In this document: one piece after another, positions 59,896 through 64,000 of the stretch
Layout: each line of letters begins with the position of its first letter
How positions within the stretch are numbered: position 1 is the first letter of the stretch
Source: Ascoidea asiatica JCM 7603
Taxonomy: Eukaryota; Fungi; Ascomycota
Direction: 5' to 3'
DNA: 64,000 nucleotides
NCBI GenBank assembly: GCA_001600695.1
Contig: BCKQ01000006.1
Coordinates: 824,731 to 888,730, forward strand
The notes under the pieces: generated by a model
Seen by the model: only the letters and a program-made list of their open reading frames with translations
Told to the model about the DNA's origin: nothing
The model's database searches: none
Translations under genes and position numbers: made by a program

Positions 59896-62800
59896 ATGAG
59901 TTTTAATTCTCCAAATAATACTTCACTCAATCCAATTTTACCTTCTGATAAAGATCAAAATAATAATATTATTTCCAATCAAATTGAAAAAAATGATATT
60001 CAATCAGATAAAACTCAATTAAATAATTTAAATTCATCAAATTCTTCAAATTTGTCAAATTTATTAAATTTATCTTCCGAGTCAAATAATAATTTAAGTA
60101 ATAATCTAAACAATAATCAATCAATTGATAATTTACCTAATTCATCTTTTAATAAAAATCAAATTTCAAAATCAATTACTACTACAAAAAGAAAAAGAAA
60201 ATCAAATCCATTAAAACCAAGATTAAGAGTAAATAAAGCTTGCGATAGATGTAAAAAACAGAAAATTAAATGTGATGGACAACAACCTTGTAATACTTGT
60301 TTAAAACATAATCATACTTGTTCCTATTCTGCTCAATCTCAATCCCATTCTATAAATCAACCAGTTAATCAACCTATTGGTCAAATTGATTCTAGAAATA
60401 AAATTCAAAATAATACTTTTAATCATTCTCAATCTCTAAATAATCTATATAACCAAAATCAAAATCAAAATCAAAATATTAATAATATTATCCATAACAA
60501 TTCTCTTCCAGTAATTCAATCTAATTATCCTCCTTCAAATAACAATGTTTCTATGAATAATTCTCCTATAAACAATATCCCTGTAAATAATACTCCTTTA
60601 AATCAAATTCAGATTCAAAATCAAAATCAAAATCCACCACTTAGTCAGTTCAATTATCCTTATAATCCCCATAATCTAGATTCAAATCCTAATCCTAATC
60701 CAATTTCAGATCAAAATAATTTAAATAATAACTTGAATAATTCGAATAATTCAAATAACAAAAATACTGTAAATCAAAATGAAGGATCAGAAAATTATGT
60801 TAAATATCTTGAAAATAAAGTAAGTTTCTTACAAAATATTATAAAAAATAATAATATTAATCCTACCAGTAATATTAATTATAATATAGATTATTCTGAT
60901 AATTTTAATCAAAATAATAATGATTTACAAACCAATTTTCAAAGTGATTTACAAAAAGATTTAAAAGAAGATAATATTTATCTTTATAGTAAAAATAAAT
61001 GGAGATTAATGAGAAGATATCATAATATTATTGCAAAAGATTTAGGTAATCAATTATATAATTCTTTATCAACTGATTCTCAAAAATTTATTATTGAACC
61101 AAGAACTCAATTTTATGCTTGGAATATGAGTGGTTCTCATTATTTATCTCAAAGAAAATTACCTCCTTTTAATCCTTTAATTTCGAGTAAAAATTTATCT
61201 GATACTTTAATAAATTATTATCTTGATGCAATTAATCCATTATTTGTAATTTTACATAAAAATGTATTCTTAGAACAATATAATACTTATATGAATTCAG
61301 ATTTAAAAAATCAAAATAAAAATACAAGATTATTCACAGCTATTTTACATTTAGTTTATGCAATTTCTTTAAGATATTTAGAATTTTCTGAAATTGGTAA
61401 ATCTCAATATAATATAATTATTGAAAAAAATTTAGAAGAAAAATTATTTGATTGTTCTTATAATATTTTACAAAAATTATCTTTTGAATGGGAATCTTTT
61501 GAATTAATTCAAGCTTGGTTATTAATGACTTTATATTTAAGAACAACTCATAGACTAACTTCAAGTTATTTTGCTTTAGGTTCTGCAATAAGAATTTGTT
61601 TAGGTATGTCTTTAAATTTTTCAAATTTTGAATTAAAAGAAAATATTAAACCATATGATAAATTAAAAGCAAAAAGAATATTTTGGTGTACATATACTTG
61701 GGATAAATTATTTTCTTTTCAATCTGGTAGAAGAAGTTTTATTAATGATAATGAAATTAATTTAAAATTTCCTTCAATGGATTTTAATCAAGAAAAAGAT
61801 TCTTGGTTAACAATTGAAAGTTTAAGTATGATTCATTTAGCTAGAATTTCAAGTAAATTACAACCTTTTAATTCAAATTCTTTAAATTTAAATCAACTTT
61901 ATTATATTAAAAACTATTTAAAAGATTGGAATAATTGGATGATAAATTCAAATATTACAGATGATTTATTTCAAGTTGAAAATTCAACAATTATAAATAA
62001 TTTAAATAAATCAACATTAAGTCATTTAAATAAATTATTAATTAATTCTCAAATTAGATTACATTATTATGATATTTTATTAGGTTTACATTCAAGAGCT
62101 TTAATGCCATTTGTAAATAAAAAAGTTAATACTCAAGGTTTATCTTTGGAAGTAATTTTAAATTCATGTGAACAAATTTTAAAAGTTTTTAATATAATTT
62201 ATAATTATAATAAATTAATTTCAGGAAATTCAGGTAATTCATCAAATTCTACAACAAATTTAATTTTAACTCCATGGTATATAAATTTATCATTATTATT
62301 TAATATTGGTATAATATCACTATTATTTATAAATAATGGAATTTATTTATCGAAAGCAAAAGTTTTTTTAAGATTTTCTATAAATTATATTACAATTTTA
62401 AGATCACCAAGATTGGAAGCAGGTTTTGATAATAAAACTAATAAAAAATTAAATATAATAAAATATGATGATAAAATTACAATGGCAAAAGAGTGTCTAT
62501 GGGTTTTAAAAATGATGAATCATATGATGACTTTACAATTCAAAGAAAATTATGAAACATTACTTAATATTGGAATTGATCATGGATCTCATGAAGTTAA
62601 TGTTGATAATTTTTTTCAATTTGGGATTAATATTAGAAAAGATTCTCTTAATAATACAAATGGTAATTCGGAAGTAGATATTAATAAAAAACAAATTATT
62701 GAAAACCCAAATAATACAAATAAGATTGATTTGAAAAATATGAGTGAAAGTTTAAGTGAATTTCCAAAAAATGAAATTTTCAATAATCCAATTTCAAATG

Positions 62801-63141
62801 CAGGAAATTATATGAATTATATTACAAAATCTAGTGATTTAAGTGATATAAGTGAAACTTCAAATTCGAGAGATAATATACGAAGGATAAACAGTAATTC
62901 AAATTCAAATTCAAATGAAAATTTAAATGCTACTTCAAGTAATATGCGAATACTGCAAAATTATAATTCAAATAACAGAGTTTTAGCAAATTCTTCCAGG
63001 GGTAATATTAACAATCAACATAATTTTGATTTCAAATCAATCGATAATTTAAATAATAGAAGCTCGAGAATAAATATCTTCAATAATGGTGAAAGATCAG
63101 GTAATTTTCCATTAAACATTTCAGCTTTATTGAATCCTGGA

Positions 63142-63172
<31 letters not shown>

Positions 63173-63525
63173 ATATTAATAACAATAATGGAAATACTAC
63201 AGAAAGTAGTCCAGCAAATATTCTTGGTGAAGATACATTAAATGAGCTCACAAAACTATATAAAACCAATGAACAATTTTATAGTGGAAATGGTAATGGT
63301 ATATCAACAGATCCTTCTACTGTTGATAAAAGTAAAAATCCTACTGGGTTTCTTAGTGGAGCAAGTACAACTATTCAAAATAGTGGAAGTGAAGTTTCAG
63401 AAGTTGATAATAATAGAAATTTTGGTATTCTTGACAAAGCAAGTTATGATGCTAATTTATATGCCAATTTACATTGGTTTGATCAATTTGAGGAAAACTT
63501 TTTACAAGACTACAATTCTACTTAA
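59896..63525 (+). CDS. STB4: Zn(II)2Cys6 transcription factor with fungal-specific TF domain, Stb4-like
   Basis: RLRVNKACDRCKKQKIKCDGQQPCNTCLKHNHTCSY; KWR..RRY; PRTQFYAWNMSGSHYL. Confidence 0.75.
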
Positions 63526-64000
63526 ATATAAATTTAATGAGTCAAATTTATGAATCAAAAATCAAAATTGGAAATGATATTTTATGTATTTATAATTCTG
63601 GTCTTATCATTAAAGAAAAGACCTAAATGTATATTAATTAATCTCAATAGTGAAGTTTCTGGTACAACTTGGATGCATGTTGATTTATTTTTATGTAAGT
63701 TTTTAGAGATGAAATTCTTACACTTAAATAACCCTTATTGGTTTTAAAGCATAAGCTCAAAATCAAAAGGCTAATAACAGCAGTTCCACACTGATCTTTA
63801 TTCAATGACTTTTCTCTGCTCATACATTTTTATTAACTGGTATTAGCTAACACTACTACGACTTTTAGTTATGAGCTGATGAATAATTAACTTTACTGAT
63901 TTATTCGTCAAATGATGAGTTCCCATTAATAGTATTTGTAGAAGTTTTGTAACTGAAAAACCATGAATTTTAGAGTAAGTAGATTTCTGGATTAATTTAG

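Overview
Very AT-rich budding-yeast (Saccharomycotina) chromosomal DNA with poly-Asn-rich proteins, short spliceosomal introns and GC-richer promoter islands. An Ascoidea-like genome is my guess from composition only. There are about 21 genes: a Pmp3/Sna-family gene (partial), ATG22, PUT4, ERV14, malate synthase, RTC1, a Kelch-BTB protein, SKI8, DDI1, RTR1, RRG1, GAT1, PFA4, a double DH-PH RhoGEF-like protein, BOS1, STE50, RRP7, GND1, TIF11, an STB4-like Zn2Cys6 factor, and the genes below. Features the ORF track does not explain: (1) a 4-exon REC102 (Spo11 core complex) gene with non-consensus splice sites and a URS1-like site on its first branch point; (2) two DNA-transposon-derived, nuclease-less DNA-binding genes (pogo/Fot1 HTH and Harbinger-type Myb/SANT) on either side of SKI8; (3) a ~7.6 kb gene-free interval (5.4-13.0 kb) holding three decayed ORFs, including an atypical Rho GTPase pseudogene and a ~308-codon frame broken only by TGA, plus a tRNA-like B-box fragment. 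All homology calls come from recalled motifs, not from database searches.
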